Virus record (IMG/VR): IMGVR_UViG_3300035698_024280
Strand: one strand, 5' to 3'
Length of the DNA: 64,000 bases
DNA from: a virus
Below are positions 16,607-26,609 of this stretch, piece by piece. Positions within the stretch are counted from its first letter, which is position 1. Each line of letters starts with the position of its first letter. A program made the position numbers and the translations under genes. Below the pieces are notes generated by a model. It was given only the letters and a program-made list of their open reading frames with translations, ran no database searches and was not told the DNA's origin.

Positions 16607-16970
16607 TAAGCTCTAGTTTATATTTTTCTACTAATTTCCAGCCGTCTTCTATATTAAGCTTTATCCAGACGAAAAAACTAACAGCAGAAACTGTGGATAA
16701 TCCTACATCCCAATAATCTTTTGATTGGCTATCTAAATCATCAGCTTCAGATTTGGGGGGTTGCAAAAAACTTTGATCTCTATAAATAAAATTATAATGT
16801 GTAGGAGTGTCTTCAGATAGTAATAGTATTTGCGGTAAAGTTTTAGTAGTAGGTATTCTAGCGTAGCTAATAGCGCAATCTAGCATATCTAATTTAACTT
16901 TCCCTATAGTAGCTGCTTCTGCTAATACTTTAACAGCAATATCTTTCGGTAATGTGTATGCTGTATTCAT
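16596..16970 (-). CDS. Hypothetical protein (124 aa)
   Basis: ORF track. Confidence 0.55.
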   Translation of the reverse strand: MNTAYTLPKDIAVKVLAEAATIGKVKLDMLDCAISYARIPTTKTLPQILLLSEDTPTHYNFIYRDQSFLQPPKSEADDLDSQSKDYWDVGLSTVSAVSFFVWIKLNIEDGWKLVEKYKLELNEW

Positions 16971-16972
16971 TA

Positions 16973-17626
16973 TTAATTTAACTCCTCTAATAGTTGTAAA
17001 ATTAATTCTTTCGGCTTCTCGAGCCCGAGCTCATCAAGCTTTTCTTTGAAGAAATCGTCCCATTCAGATTTTTTCAGACTGATATTAATGTACTTAGACT
17101 CTTGCTGAATTTTAGGTTGTGATACTCTATGAAAGTTTAAAGCGTCAGCTTTTGGCTCCAGTGCGGCTATTGCACTGTGTGCTTCTTCGCTCAGGGATGT
17201 TAGAGCCCATCCCTTACCTGGGAATCGATCTACAATTAACCCAAACATTTCCGCAGCTTTTTTAAAATTTTTATTATGATACTGAACGTCATTACAATCC
17301 GGCAATTCTAAAATATTATTGTATAGATGCGCAAGCTCATGAAGCAGCGTTTCATATATATCCTGAGCTGGACGGTTCATATACTCAGCGCATATATTTA
17401 TTTCATGATAATATTCCTTATCCTCATCAGCTGCAGAAGAGTCTGACACCCATTTTTCCGCCCAAAAATGACCTAGATTATTTCGTCGAGCGCTCGTCTG
17501 AATAGTAATAAATACATTAGCGTTTTTTACTCTATCATCATCACAAAACCTATCGAGAAAGAATTTCTTTGCCCTATTAAGCTCGTCAATGGCTACTTGA
17601 TATTTTTTATTAATCTGGTCTTCCAT
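16973..17626 (-). CDS. SprT-like zinc metalloprotease
   Basis: EINICAEY...IYETLLHELAH...YHNKNFKKAAEMFGL (HExxH plus a third His). Confidence 0.75.
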   Translation of the reverse strand: MEDQINKKYQVAIDELNRAKKFFLDRFCDDDRVKNANVFITIQTSARRNNLGHFWAEKWVSDSSAADEDKEYYHEINICAEYMNRPAQDIYETLLHELAHLYNNILELPDCNDVQYHNKNFKKAAEMFGLIVDRFPGKGWALTSLSEEAHSAIAALEPKADALNFHRVSQPKIQQESKYINISLKKSEWDDFFKEKLDELGLEKPKELILQLLEELN

Positions 17627-17653
17627 ATTATAATTATAAATAGGTTCCTAATT

Positions 17654-17929
17654 TTATACTTCAATAGGGGCTGACTTCACCTCAACAGCACACTCATTTG
17701 TTATCATTTCATGATACTCAGGATGTAATATAGCTTCAAGCTCCGATGTGGCGACTTTAATAGCCCCCAGCTTAATGGCTACACGAAGTATCTTGTCTAA
17801 ATCTCCCGCGGCTCTCGCGTTTTTAATAGATAACTCAGCGGTAGCAATTCGTTTATTCCATACTGTGAGTAAGTTTTCTAGCTGCATTGTAGCAGCAGCT
17901 CGATGCAGATCTTTATCTAATACTATCAT
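17654..17929 (-). CDS. Hypothetical protein (91 aa)
   Basis: ORF track. Confidence 0.5.
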   Translation of the reverse strand: MIVLDKDLHRAAATMQLENLLTVWNKRIATAELSIKNARAAGDLDKILRVAIKLGAIKVATSELEAILHPEYHEMITNECAVEVKSAPIEV

Positions 17930-18237
17930 ACTAATTTATAACCAAGACTATCCGCAGTCATATTCCACAATTTAGATCGTTGCTCTGGAGTGTTTGCGTG
18001 GTCCTCGCTAAAATGATTATACATCTGATCCATCATCTCGCATCGGAATTCTTTATATGCATCGACGTATGGAGTCTCACTATCTAAAAATATATCTAAC
18101 ATCCACCCAGTCATGCATCGCCTCTCCCCCTCTCTAAATTTGCCCTTTACTAATTTTTCTGGCTGCATCTTTGGAAGTTCGCTGGGACGCACGAAGTGAT
18201 TGGAAAGTGGAACGTCTGTCTTATGTGTACTCTTCAT
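17926..18237 (-). CDS. Hypothetical protein (103 aa)
   Basis: ORF track; GGAAC motif at 18246-18261 upstream. Confidence 0.55.
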   Translation of the reverse strand: MKSTHKTDVPLSNHFVRPSELPKMQPEKLVKGKFREGERRCMTGWMLDIFLDSETPYVDAYKEFRCEMMDQMYNHFSEDHANTPEQRSKLWNMTADSLGYKLV

Positions 18238-18267
18238 ATATTATAATTATAAATAGGTTCCAATATA

Positions 18268-18942
18268 TTAATTAAGAAAACTTCTAAATGTTAGACTAAT
18301 ACGCCAATCGCAGGGCCTATCATGTTTCGGAATTCTATGGAAGTAATCGTCCTGAAACCCTACAGGCATTACAAATAAAGAGCCTTCTTCTAATAAAATT
18401 TTCTGATCGTCTGGTATATTTCCTTTGGTTGGTATCATACCAGTGTCGTTACAAATTGTACATTTAAAATTATGGGGGGTGTTATCAAGAACCGATGCCT
18501 TTTCTACTCCAGTTCCGCAACATCCTGAACATTCAGATTTTTGGGGCTTAACCCATATTTCTCTCTCCGCTCCAAATGAAATTACAGCAATTGGCTCGTC
18601 TGGATCCATGCCATCAAAGTCATCTGCATGATACCCTAGATGCTGTTTATCTGTATCATATTTGTTTAAGAAGCAACCGTTAAAATTAGAGCCTATATCG
18701 TAATTAAGAAGGGACATTATAGAGCCTATAAAAGGCTCCATATTTTGGGAAGTATATTGCTCAGCTCCACCAAATGCATTACCGTAAGAATATTCAGTCT
18801 TAGAATTGGACATAAAGTATTCATGCCGAGCAGCTCTTTTTGTTATCCAGTCAAGATTTAATAGCTCTGCTGTTATCGCTGGTATAGTTACAGATGGTAT
18901 ATATTCTTTATAATAAGTAATACCTTTATACAGCTCTTTCAT
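18268..18942 (-). CDS. alkB: AlkB-like 2OG-Fe(II) oxygenase with internal Cys4 zinc-finger insertion
   Basis: FNGCFLNKY...LGYHADD (HxD); IAVISFGAER; LEEGSLFVM; HRIPK (distal His); RISLTFR. Confidence 0.8.
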   Translation of the reverse strand: MKELYKGITYYKEYIPSVTIPAITAELLNLDWITKRAARHEYFMSNSKTEYSYGNAFGGAEQYTSQNMEPFIGSIMSLLNYDIGSNFNGCFLNKYDTDKQHLGYHADDFDGMDPDEPIAVISFGAEREIWVKPQKSECSGCCGTGVEKASVLDNTPHNFKCTICNDTGMIPTKGNIPDDQKILLEEGSLFVMPVGFQDDYFHRIPKHDRPCDWRISLTFRSFLN

Positions 18943-18974
18943 AATCTAATATTATTATAGTTCCATTTTAATTT

Positions 18975-20198
18975 CTATATTAATTCAGAGATAATGTTCC
19001 CCTTACTTATTTTTATCGGTCGGAGATCTGGAGTCATTAACTCCTTTGTTGAATCTATACCAGCAAGATGAAACATTGTCGCAAATAAATCCTCTGGAGA
19101 TACTGGACTCTCCTCCACTTCGTTAGATATGGAGTCTGTAGTACCGTAAACCATCCCATTATTAATACCACCGCCGCCGATAATAGTAGAAAAGTTTCTA
19201 GGCCAGTGATCGCGACCTGCCGTCTTATTAATCTTCGGAGTACGGCCAAATTCACTAGTTACAATTACCATCGTCTCATCTAAAATACCTCGCGCTGCAA
19301 GATCGGTGAAGAGTGCAGAGAGAGCTTTATCTAGATCAGGTGCCTTCGCATCGAAACTGTTTTTTATCTTGTCATGATTGTCCCAACCGCCATAATTTAC
19401 CTTAACAATTCGTACCCCCGCCTCTACAAGTCGTCGAGAAATCAAAAGCCTTTGCCCTGGCTGAGTTTTCCCATACATATCCTTCATCGTTTCTGATTCC
19501 TTCGATATATCAAATGCCTGCATTGCTGCCTCAGAAGACATTAAATCAAATGCTTGATCATAAAATTTATCCATCGCAATTACATTATCGGATTTTATTT
19601 CTCTCTTAAATTTAGAATCCACGAGCTCTAGTAAATCCCTTTTTCTGTTTGATACTCCATTCTTTAAATCTCTAACCTTGAAGTCTTTTGCAGCTGGGTC
19701 AGCCCCAAGGCTAAAAGAGCCAAACTTAGCTGAGAGAAAACCCGTGCTCGCAAATTCGTTTTGCTCTACTGGGACTGAAACATAAGCAGGCAGAGAATTT
19801 CTAAATCCGAGTTCGTGAGAGACTATAGATCCTACAGATGGATATTTAATGGCGGGGCTGGGCTTATAGCCTGTAAACATGTACTCAGTACCCCTCTCGT
19901 GCGCGGCCTGACCATGAGTCATGCTGTTAATCACAGAAAATTTGTCAGTCTCTTTCGCAAGTAGGGGGAAGCGATCTGAAAACAATAAACCGTCTGTCTT
20001 AGTCTTAATAGCTTCATACGGGCCTCTAAATTCAGCGTCCGCAAACGGTTTAGGGTTCCAGGTCTCTTGAGATGATATACCCCCGTCCAAATATATATAA
20101 ATTATATTCTTAGCTTTTACGGCTTTACCATATTGCGCATTTAAAATTGTAGGGAATGTTAATCCGCCCATTATAGATAAAAAACTTCGCTTATTCAT
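18975..20198 (-). CDS. DUF1501-domain protein with Tat-like signal peptide
   Basis: MNKRSFL; KAKNIIYIYLDGGISSQETWNPKP; LLISRRLVEAGVR; GGWDNH; TMVIVTSEFGRTPKIN; AGRDHWP; GGG...GMVYGTTD; VSPEDLFATMFHLAGID. Confidence 0.9.
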   Translation of the reverse strand: MNKRSFLSIMGGLTFPTILNAQYGKAVKAKNIIYIYLDGGISSQETWNPKPFADAEFRGPYEAIKTKTDGLLFSDRFPLLAKETDKFSVINSMTHGQAAHERGTEYMFTGYKPSPAIKYPSVGSIVSHELGFRNSLPAYVSVPVEQNEFASTGFLSAKFGSFSLGADPAAKDFKVRDLKNGVSNRKRDLLELVDSKFKREIKSDNVIAMDKFYDQAFDLMSSEAAMQAFDISKESETMKDMYGKTQPGQRLLISRRLVEAGVRIVKVNYGGWDNHDKIKNSFDAKAPDLDKALSALFTDLAARGILDETMVIVTSEFGRTPKINKTAGRDHWPRNFSTIIGGGGINNGMVYGTTDSISNEVEESPVSPEDLFATMFHLAGIDSTKELMTPDLRPIKISKGNIISELI

Positions 20199-20207
20199 AT
20201 ATTATAT

Positions 20208-20663
20208 TTATTCATATTTTTGCTTAAGTCTATCAAGCTCTGCCAAATCATCTCGACGGACATTATCTTTATGAAGACGTCGGCGGTTATCAGCTTCAAC
20301 TATTTCACATATATTGAAAATCTCTACAATATCTTCATCGCCCTCCGGCTCACCGGTTGCAATATTAAATCCTAACTTACCGATTTTACTAACACATAAG
20401 GTGCATGATACAATAAACCCACTGTCAAAGTAATTTCTACCCCCATACCCATCAGCGCAAGAGTATAAGTCAGCCTCTACAATTATTGAGTCTCTAGGGT
20501 GAGGGCACATTGCTCTCAACTCTTTATGATTTTGAGTCACCTGAGCTAAATGTTCTTCGCTTTGATTTAGTTGAAATTTATATAAACCGCCTCCCACACA
20601 AAAAGTTTTAACTATTGCAGCTGAAAGGTCCGCAAAACTTGATTTCATTTTTCTATTACTCAT
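20208..20663 (-). CDS. Hypothetical protein (151 aa)
   Basis: ORF track; CPH and CTLC motifs. Confidence 0.55.
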   Translation of the reverse strand: MSNRKMKSSFADLSAAIVKTFCVGGGLYKFQLNQSEEHLAQVTQNHKELRAMCPHPRDSIIVEADLYSCADGYGGRNYFDSGFIVSCTLCVSKIGKLGFNIATGEPEGDEDIVEIFNICEIVEADNRRRLHKDNVRRDDLAELDRLKQKYE

Positions 20664-22179
20664 AACTCTATACCTCTACTATCTGTTATTCTAACATTAT
20701 CTTCACCATTATACCAGCAATAGGCCGACGCTATGTTTATAGCATCCGTAAAATTATTAATAGCATCTACTCGCTTCCAGCCATGAACGCCATTAACATA
20801 AATTAATAATGGGTAATTATAATCTATATTACAGGAGCACGGGGAGGTATTATTAGATTTTTTTTTATTTTTTATATTCTCAAAATCTGTGAACTGGGAC
20901 AACTATATATATATTTGGATCTGCTCCGTTATATCTATTTCTATGAGACTCCATTTCTACATCAGCACGACGAGTAACTTCTGTCCAATCGTCCATAGTA
21001 TTATTATTATGAACGCAGCTTACTATGCAAGGGGATAGAGGTAGAGTTAATAATAATAAAAACCTAAGCTTGTTAATGTTTTTTTTGATATTATATATTG
21101 TATTGTTTTCCATTTGATTATTTATATTAGATGCTATCGGAGAGGTTTACTCTTTTGAATAATTTATATCTCTGTCAAGAGATGAGACAGCTACATGTTT
21201 CAATATAAATTTTATAACATCTGCATCCGACGAACTGTATATACTTTTAATAAGGTGAGTCTGTCGGGGAGGTGTAACATCTTTTAATTTGTCAGGGTAG
21301 CAAATATTCCACCTAATATCATTATCTTTATTTGGTCTATGGTTTTTTATATCAGCTGGTATTATTACATATGATGATATTTTGACCGTATCGTCAATTC
21401 TAGTGGGAATATCAAATGGAATGGCTCTTCGCACATAATTTATTTTATTGAGGAGCAGCTTCGCGGCGGCAATAGCCTCATTTTTAGTATCTAAATTGTT
21501 AGCTACTTGTATCATATGAGCTTTTACTATCTTATCTAGCTCTTTATATTGGTATGTTCTCATTATATAATTATTTTTGTAATTTTACTTTATTTAATAT
21601 TCTATACATATATCTTATAAATCTTAATATCCCATATATAGCGCCCCATATAATAAGCAATGGCCATATAGCTGCTATAACTAAGCACGCTGCACTATTT
21701 ATCATGAACGCTGAAAGTGGGTCATTTGAATCCCACGGGTAAAGATATAAAATTGGGCACTCAAATATAGTTATTGTCAGTCTGCTACTATTGTCATCTT
21801 TAATATAACGGATTGAGAGCCTTATAAAATATTTTAAAGGCATCAGTATCCCTGGAATGAACATACATACGGTGCCTATATAGAATATATACGGAGTATA
21901 AAAATCACTTAATAGCTGTATAATCATCGTGTATTAAATTAAATTTCCAAAGAGATCTACTTTTAGTGTATCGTCTCTCCAGGACTCCTTAGATACATTC
22001 TCAGAAAAGCAAACCGGGCAGCAGTCCCCGCTAGGGGACATGTAATCTCTAGTCGGGGTTTCCCATTCATATCCACATGTTATACCATCCTCGACATCTT
22101 GGCACTCAAATTTATGAATACCTGGGTATCTTTTTTTTATATCTCTAGTCGCGATTGTTAATATATCTTTGTTTTCCAT
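20660..22179 (-). other. Run of small hypothetical ORFs (20660-20902, 20880-21113, 21147-21563, 21571-21927 membrane protein, 21934-22179 with CCPVC)
   Basis: ORF track; tightly packed; 21571-21927 has two hydrophobic segments. Confidence 0.5.
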
Positions 22180-22950
22180 TTGTATTATCCTCCAGACTTA
22201 AGGTTAGATAGGTATTCTTCTTCAGTCATATCTCCCATATTATCAACTAGGGTTGAGCATTTAATACCAGCTAATGTGGGGTATTTATAAGATTGCATAC
22301 ACCGTATACAATATGTATGCTGCCAAAAGCCACATTAGTCTAAAACCCAATCATGACCCTCATTTACACTTTTACAGAACCAAATATTTAAACTCTCGAT
22401 AACATCATCTACCTTTTCTGAATCCGTGTCCGACTCAAAAATGATATCGTAATATTTATCTATAAGATTTTTATAAATTTCTAAACCCTCGTTATTCATA
22501 TATTATATTGTAATCAAGTTCCAAACTTGATGAATTGCTTTTTTGTTTTTTGAATTTGTTTAATTGCTTGAGTATCAGTAAGCCCATCTGCAACTAGTAT
22601 TGCAGTGATAGTTTTTATTTTTGTGTAAGGCTTATCATTGTATAAAAAAACATTTTCACCTGATATAGTAACATATTGAAGATTAATAAAATCAATCATA
22701 GGGGGTTATAGAATAATACCTTTATGTATAATATAAAAATTCACTTATATTAGTTTAGATTAAATTGTATTATATTAGATGGGGTAGCTATTTGCATCTC
22801 CTCAATAGCTTTTAAAATATTAATAATATCGGGGATATCTATAGTATCACCGCTAAGAAAGTTAATTAGCTCTAATTGGTGGTCCTTATTTAGTGTTTTT
22901 GTATACTCAAATAAGACTTTCGCTAATTCTACTGATAGGGTAGTCATATA

Positions 22951-23355
22951 TTAATTACCGCTCCAATAATCATCTTCATTAGGAAACATAAATAAAAATA
23001 CATCTTCAAAATCGGGCGGGCCATTGGTAGCCAATCGGTCGGATACAATATCTAAATTTTCGATTATTTCTTTTAATCCATTATAGCCAGATTCAGCAAG
23101 AATATTACTAGCTACCAGCTTAAGCTCGAAAGCATTAGATTTAATTTCTACTTTTGATATCTCTTCAGCTATTCTCGTACATATATATTCAAGAATTTTT
23201 TTATATATACTTGCATTTGCAGGTGATAATACTCGTAGCAGATAAAGAGATATCGACGAAGACTTACTCTGCTGTACATCATCTATTAATTCAAATAGTG
23301 CTACCACTTTCGATTTTCCGAACAACTGATTGATTTCTTGTAATAAATTTTCCAT
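22951..23355 (-). CDS. Hypothetical protein (134 aa)
   Basis: ORF track. Confidence 0.5.
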   Translation of the reverse strand: MENLLQEINQLFGKSKVVALFELIDDVQQSKSSSISLYLLRVLSPANASIYKKILEYICTRIAEEISKVEIKSNAFELKLVASNILAESGYNGLKEIIENLDIVSDRLATNGPPDFEDVFLFMFPNEDDYWSGN

Positions 23356-23389
23356 TTATAATTATAGGTTTGTTTTCATTGTAATTAAA

Positions 23390-24103
23390 TTATATCTTAG
23401 TTCCTTTTTTTGTATAGCTATCTACCATAGCCTCTATCTCGTGTTTTAGATAGTTACAATTAATAGGTAGAAACTGTTGACCTTGCTTGTAATATACTGT
23501 TAGTGCTGCGCACTTTTTATTAGTCATTTTCTCATATAAAAATGCATATAACGACATCTGTAAAGCATAAGAATTAAACTCACATACAGCTAGGTGAGAA
23601 ATGGGGTCTAGGTAGTATTCTTTGTACTTTGATTTAAATCGGAATCGTTTATTTGTTTTAAAATCTCCGACAACAAAGGTATCTTTATTCTCTACGACAA
23701 TATCTGCAGTACCAGCAATTCTTAGATCTAGATCCCACATAAGCTTTTCTGCATAAATGGTCTTCCCATGAGATATTAATGGCTTTGAAACCCTATCGAA
23801 GGAATCAATTAAATTAAGATATTCCGACCTCTTTACGCCTGTGAGTAAGAACTCTTCACATGCAACGTGTACATCGCTACCGAATTCACACGCATCATCC
23901 TTTAGTTTATTCCAGCTTGCTAAAACTACATCTACAGATACACCTTCCCTCTTTGCAACTCTAGCGGCGTGATATTCTGAATCAAATTTTGGCTTATATT
24001 CTTCTAATAATGTAGTTGCAGAGATAAGCTCAGAACCATCGATATTAGATGTATACACATGAGCTGATTCTTCAAATGTAATTGGAGATTTTATGTCTGG
24101 CAT
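23390..24103 (-). CDS. PD-(D/E)XK-family exonuclease (Cas4/lambda-exo-like)
   Basis: ITFEESAHVY; ISATTLL; FGSDVH; AEKLMWD...IAGTADIV...VGDFKTNK; YALQMSLYA. Confidence 0.8.
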   Translation of the reverse strand: MPDIKSPITFEESAHVYTSNIDGSELISATTLLEEYKPKFDSEYHAARVAKREGVSVDVVLASWNKLKDDACEFGSDVHVACEEFLLTGVKRSEYLNLIDSFDRVSKPLISHGKTIYAEKLMWDLDLRIAGTADIVVENKDTFVVGDFKTNKRFRFKSKYKEYYLDPISHLAVCEFNSYALQMSLYAFLYEKMTNKKCAALTVYYKQGQQFLPINCNYLKHEIEAMVDSYTKKGTKI

Positions 24104-24137
24104 TTTAAAATTTAATAGCAGTAAAATATATGCAATA

Positions 24138-24698
24138 TTAGTTTTTGGAAAACTTGAAGTTTTCTGAGTAATCGAACGACTTCACTAACAGTTGCTTTTC
24201 AAGAGTGTCGATATAATCAGCAGCTTCAATCATTTGAACATATGGAGTACCATCGCAATAGTCCTCTGTCGCTAAATCCCGTAAAACGGACGAGATTGAC
24301 TGCTTATCTGCATAAGGGTGAAGCGGATTTGTAATTAATAGTGTATTCATCTAATTATTAACTATTGTCATCTCTTCAATCGCCGCTGTCATAATAGCAA
24401 TGAGATCATATTTATCATGAAACGCTCCAACTAAGCACATGGAGAGTGTTTCAATACTCATTTGAGCAAATTGAGTAATATCAGCAGGCTTGGATTGTCG
24501 CCTGAGACCAAAAGATCCCCGCTCAGCCCTTTTAATAATACGATTAACGAGAGCTTGATTAATTGTAGGTAGTTTACTAGCTAATGTAGTATCTTTAACC
24601 TTAATATGTTCAGCAGTACTTTCAATATTCTTAATTGCCGTAGCAACTCCTTTAAGCTGCTCAGCAGCTTCTGATACTTTATTTCTCTTTCTTTTCAT
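24138..24698 (-). other. Two small hypothetical ORFs (24138-24350, 24351-24698)
   Basis: ORF track; contiguous. Confidence 0.5.
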
Positions 24699-24762
24699 AA
24701 ACGATTATCTGATATTATTATTATACCAGGTTTCCATTAATTTTCAAGAGGCTAAAAAATAA

Positions 24763-25563
24763 TTAACCGTAATCCCCATATACATCCGAATCCATATGCT
24801 CGTCCATATCAAATATATTATCTCCACTATATTGGTCAATATCCCCTAATGGGCTATCATCGTCAGTGGTAGGGTGATCACCTCCACTCAATCTACCAGA
24901 AAAGCTGTTATTAAATATCTGATTATCTCCGCCCTCTCCGCTGAGACCTGGCTCAAAAGACCATTCAAGTCTCCTGGCTCGAATTCGCCATACATAATGA
25001 CCGCCTAAGGCGTTCATCCCAGATGAAATATCAGACTCCATCCGCTCAGTAACTATAAATTGCTTACCTGTTCTATCTCCTGGTCTAGTTGCTCCATACT
25101 CTTCAAGTACAAATACATCATCCGACTTTGGCTCGATAAACCAACCGTTATCTGTATATATTGAGTCCCCATCAAACGCAGCGGCATATGAGCTCAAATG
25201 AACATAAGCGGTAATGTTATCATCAGCTCTTATACCGAATTTAGAAAACTGAATAGCGTCTTCATCAAGCTCTATATACATTAGCATAGGGCGAGGTGGG
25301 TGATATACAGCTTCCGGTTGTTCGCCATATATAGGGTCTGCTCCAGTTAATGTCGTTGTATTCACATAGTACTGAACCTCTACACCTGTACTATTAATCG
25401 CATCTCTTACAATTTCAGACACTGTATCAATATCATTACTATTGCAGTCCTTATCAGTTAACCTTGTTTTACACTCAATTGATGTATTATTACCTCCGGT
25501 ATAAAAGCAAGAGCCTCCAAGAGATGAAGGAGTATAATATTTATCGCAATCTTCTATACTCAT
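24763..25563 (-). CDS. Neck (head completion) protein, T4 gp14-like
   Basis: IVRDAINSTGVEVQYY; DPIYGE; MLMYIE; FSKFGIRADD; EPKSDDV; YVWRIRARRLEWS.E. Confidence 0.7.
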   Translation of the reverse strand: MSIEDCDKYYTPSSLGGSCFYTGGNNTSIECKTRLTDKDCNSNDIDTVSEIVRDAINSTGVEVQYYVNTTTLTGADPIYGEQPEAVYHPPRPMLMYIELDEDAIQFSKFGIRADDNITAYVHLSSYAAAFDGDSIYTDNGWFIEPKSDDVFVLEEYGATRPGDRTGKQFIVTERMESDISSGMNALGGHYVWRIRARRLEWSFEPGLSGEGGDNQIFNNSFSGRLSGGDHPTTDDDSPLGDIDQYSGDNIFDMDEHMDSDVYGDYG

Positions 25564-25964
25564 GATCTTTTAAGGATAAATGCGTTGTGTGGCGCACTAT
25601 AAGTTATAATAATTCCAGTGTTGGATAGTTGCTTAGGCGATGTTGGAGATAGATTAGATATATTATACATATCTGCTATACGGCTTACATCAGCGGGTGA
25701 TAAAATCTCTTGTGTCGATTGATTTAATCTCATTTTTTCAACCTTAGGGTGCAGCGAGCCGTCGTGCTGTCGGCTGTCAGGTATAGCATCTATAGAAGTA
25801 ATTCTACCACCATCACCTCTAAAGTCACCATCTGTCTTAAACGGGCTAGATTTAGATTGCCACTGCTTACGTTGAGAATTTGACAGTTTTGAGCCCCAAT
25901 ATTCTAAAAATGTTTTCACATCATTATTTATGCAAAATCTATGTTTTATCTCCGATAATAACAT
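25560..25964 (-). CDS. Hypothetical virion-region protein (134 aa)
   Basis: ORF track; contains KTFLEY; overlaps neighbours. Confidence 0.55.
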   Translation of the reverse strand: MLLSEIKHRFCINNDVKTFLEYWGSKLSNSQRKQWQSKSSPFKTDGDFRGDGGRITSIDAIPDSRQHDGSLHPKVEKMRLNQSTQEILSPADVSRIADMYNISNLSPTSPKQLSNTGIIITYSAPHNAFILKRS

Positions 25965-26544
25965 TCGGAAACGCTTGTGGTGGTGGCTCGCAGCCAGTAG
26001 TTATAACCTTATAGATGTTTGTCTTATCATGGTAGTGCGGAAATGGCACATCTGGTACATCAACTTCTAAAAATCTACACAGGTGATCCCAACCCATCTC
26101 GGGTCTAGTAACTAATACTCTATCAGAAAGCTCCCCGCTTATTATCCTCTCAAAAATCTCAGTATAAAATAGCCTTGCGCCGGTTGCAATGCCACTATAA
26201 TCAAATTTTGGGGCATTTTGTAGTATAGGGGATACTTTTTTACCCGCGTGTAAGAGACTTTGATTGTGATTAAATGTGGAAAACGCTAAATCAAAAGGGT
26301 CTCGGTAGGATACTATAAATTTAGAGTCGGTAAATTCATTCAATAGCTCTCGCCAGTGAATCCACCCTAGATCAAAAAATGCATTATATTCCGAATTTCT
26401 AAAATACTCCCAATCTCTTAATTCGGTTCTAACCGGGAGCTCTATATAATTATGAATTGAATTCCACCCAAGAGTTTTTAGAGCCCATGAGTAAGATTTA
26501 CTTCCAGATTTCGGTGGAGATATAAAAAAGACCTTTTCTTTCAT
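25939..26544 (-). CDS. Sulfotransferase-family protein (Sulfotransfer_4-like P-loop)
   Basis: KVFFISPPKSGSKS..WALKTLG; KFIVSYRDP; MGWDHLCRFLEVDVPDVPFPH. Confidence 0.75.
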   Translation of the reverse strand: MKEKVFFISPPKSGSKSYSWALKTLGWNSIHNYIELPVRTELRDWEYFRNSEYNAFFDLGWIHWRELLNEFTDSKFIVSYRDPFDLAFSTFNHNQSLLHAGKKVSPILQNAPKFDYSGIATGARLFYTEIFERIISGELSDRVLVTRPEMGWDHLCRFLEVDVPDVPFPHYHDKTNIYKVITTGCEPPPQAFPNVIIGDKT

Positions 26545-26555
26545 TTAGTAGACAC

Positions 26556-26593
26556 AAAAAAGCCGCTCCCTATTTAAAAGATAGCGGCTTTTT
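26556..26593. terminator. Intrinsic terminator
   Basis: aaaaagccgct...agcggcttttt inverted repeat with A/T tails on both sides. Confidence 0.7.
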
Positions 26594-26609
26594 ATATACT
26601 AGAGGTTAA

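Noticed and set aside
21716-21740. T-loop-like GGGATTCAAAT sequence as a further tRNA
   Set aside because: It lies within a coding sequence (YPWDSNDP), and I could not form acceptor or D stems around it.
661-22699. Plus-strand ORFs in the early region (e.g. 661-888, 1582-2016, 7276-7545, 11935-12222, 15773-16159)
   Set aside because: They overlap better-supported minus-strand genes, and all recognised promoter motifs there point to the minus strand.
23390-24103. CRISPR-associated Cas4 / phage CRISPR system
   Set aside because: No repeat-spacer array or other cas genes were seen; stand-alone PD-(D/E)XK exonucleases are common in phages.
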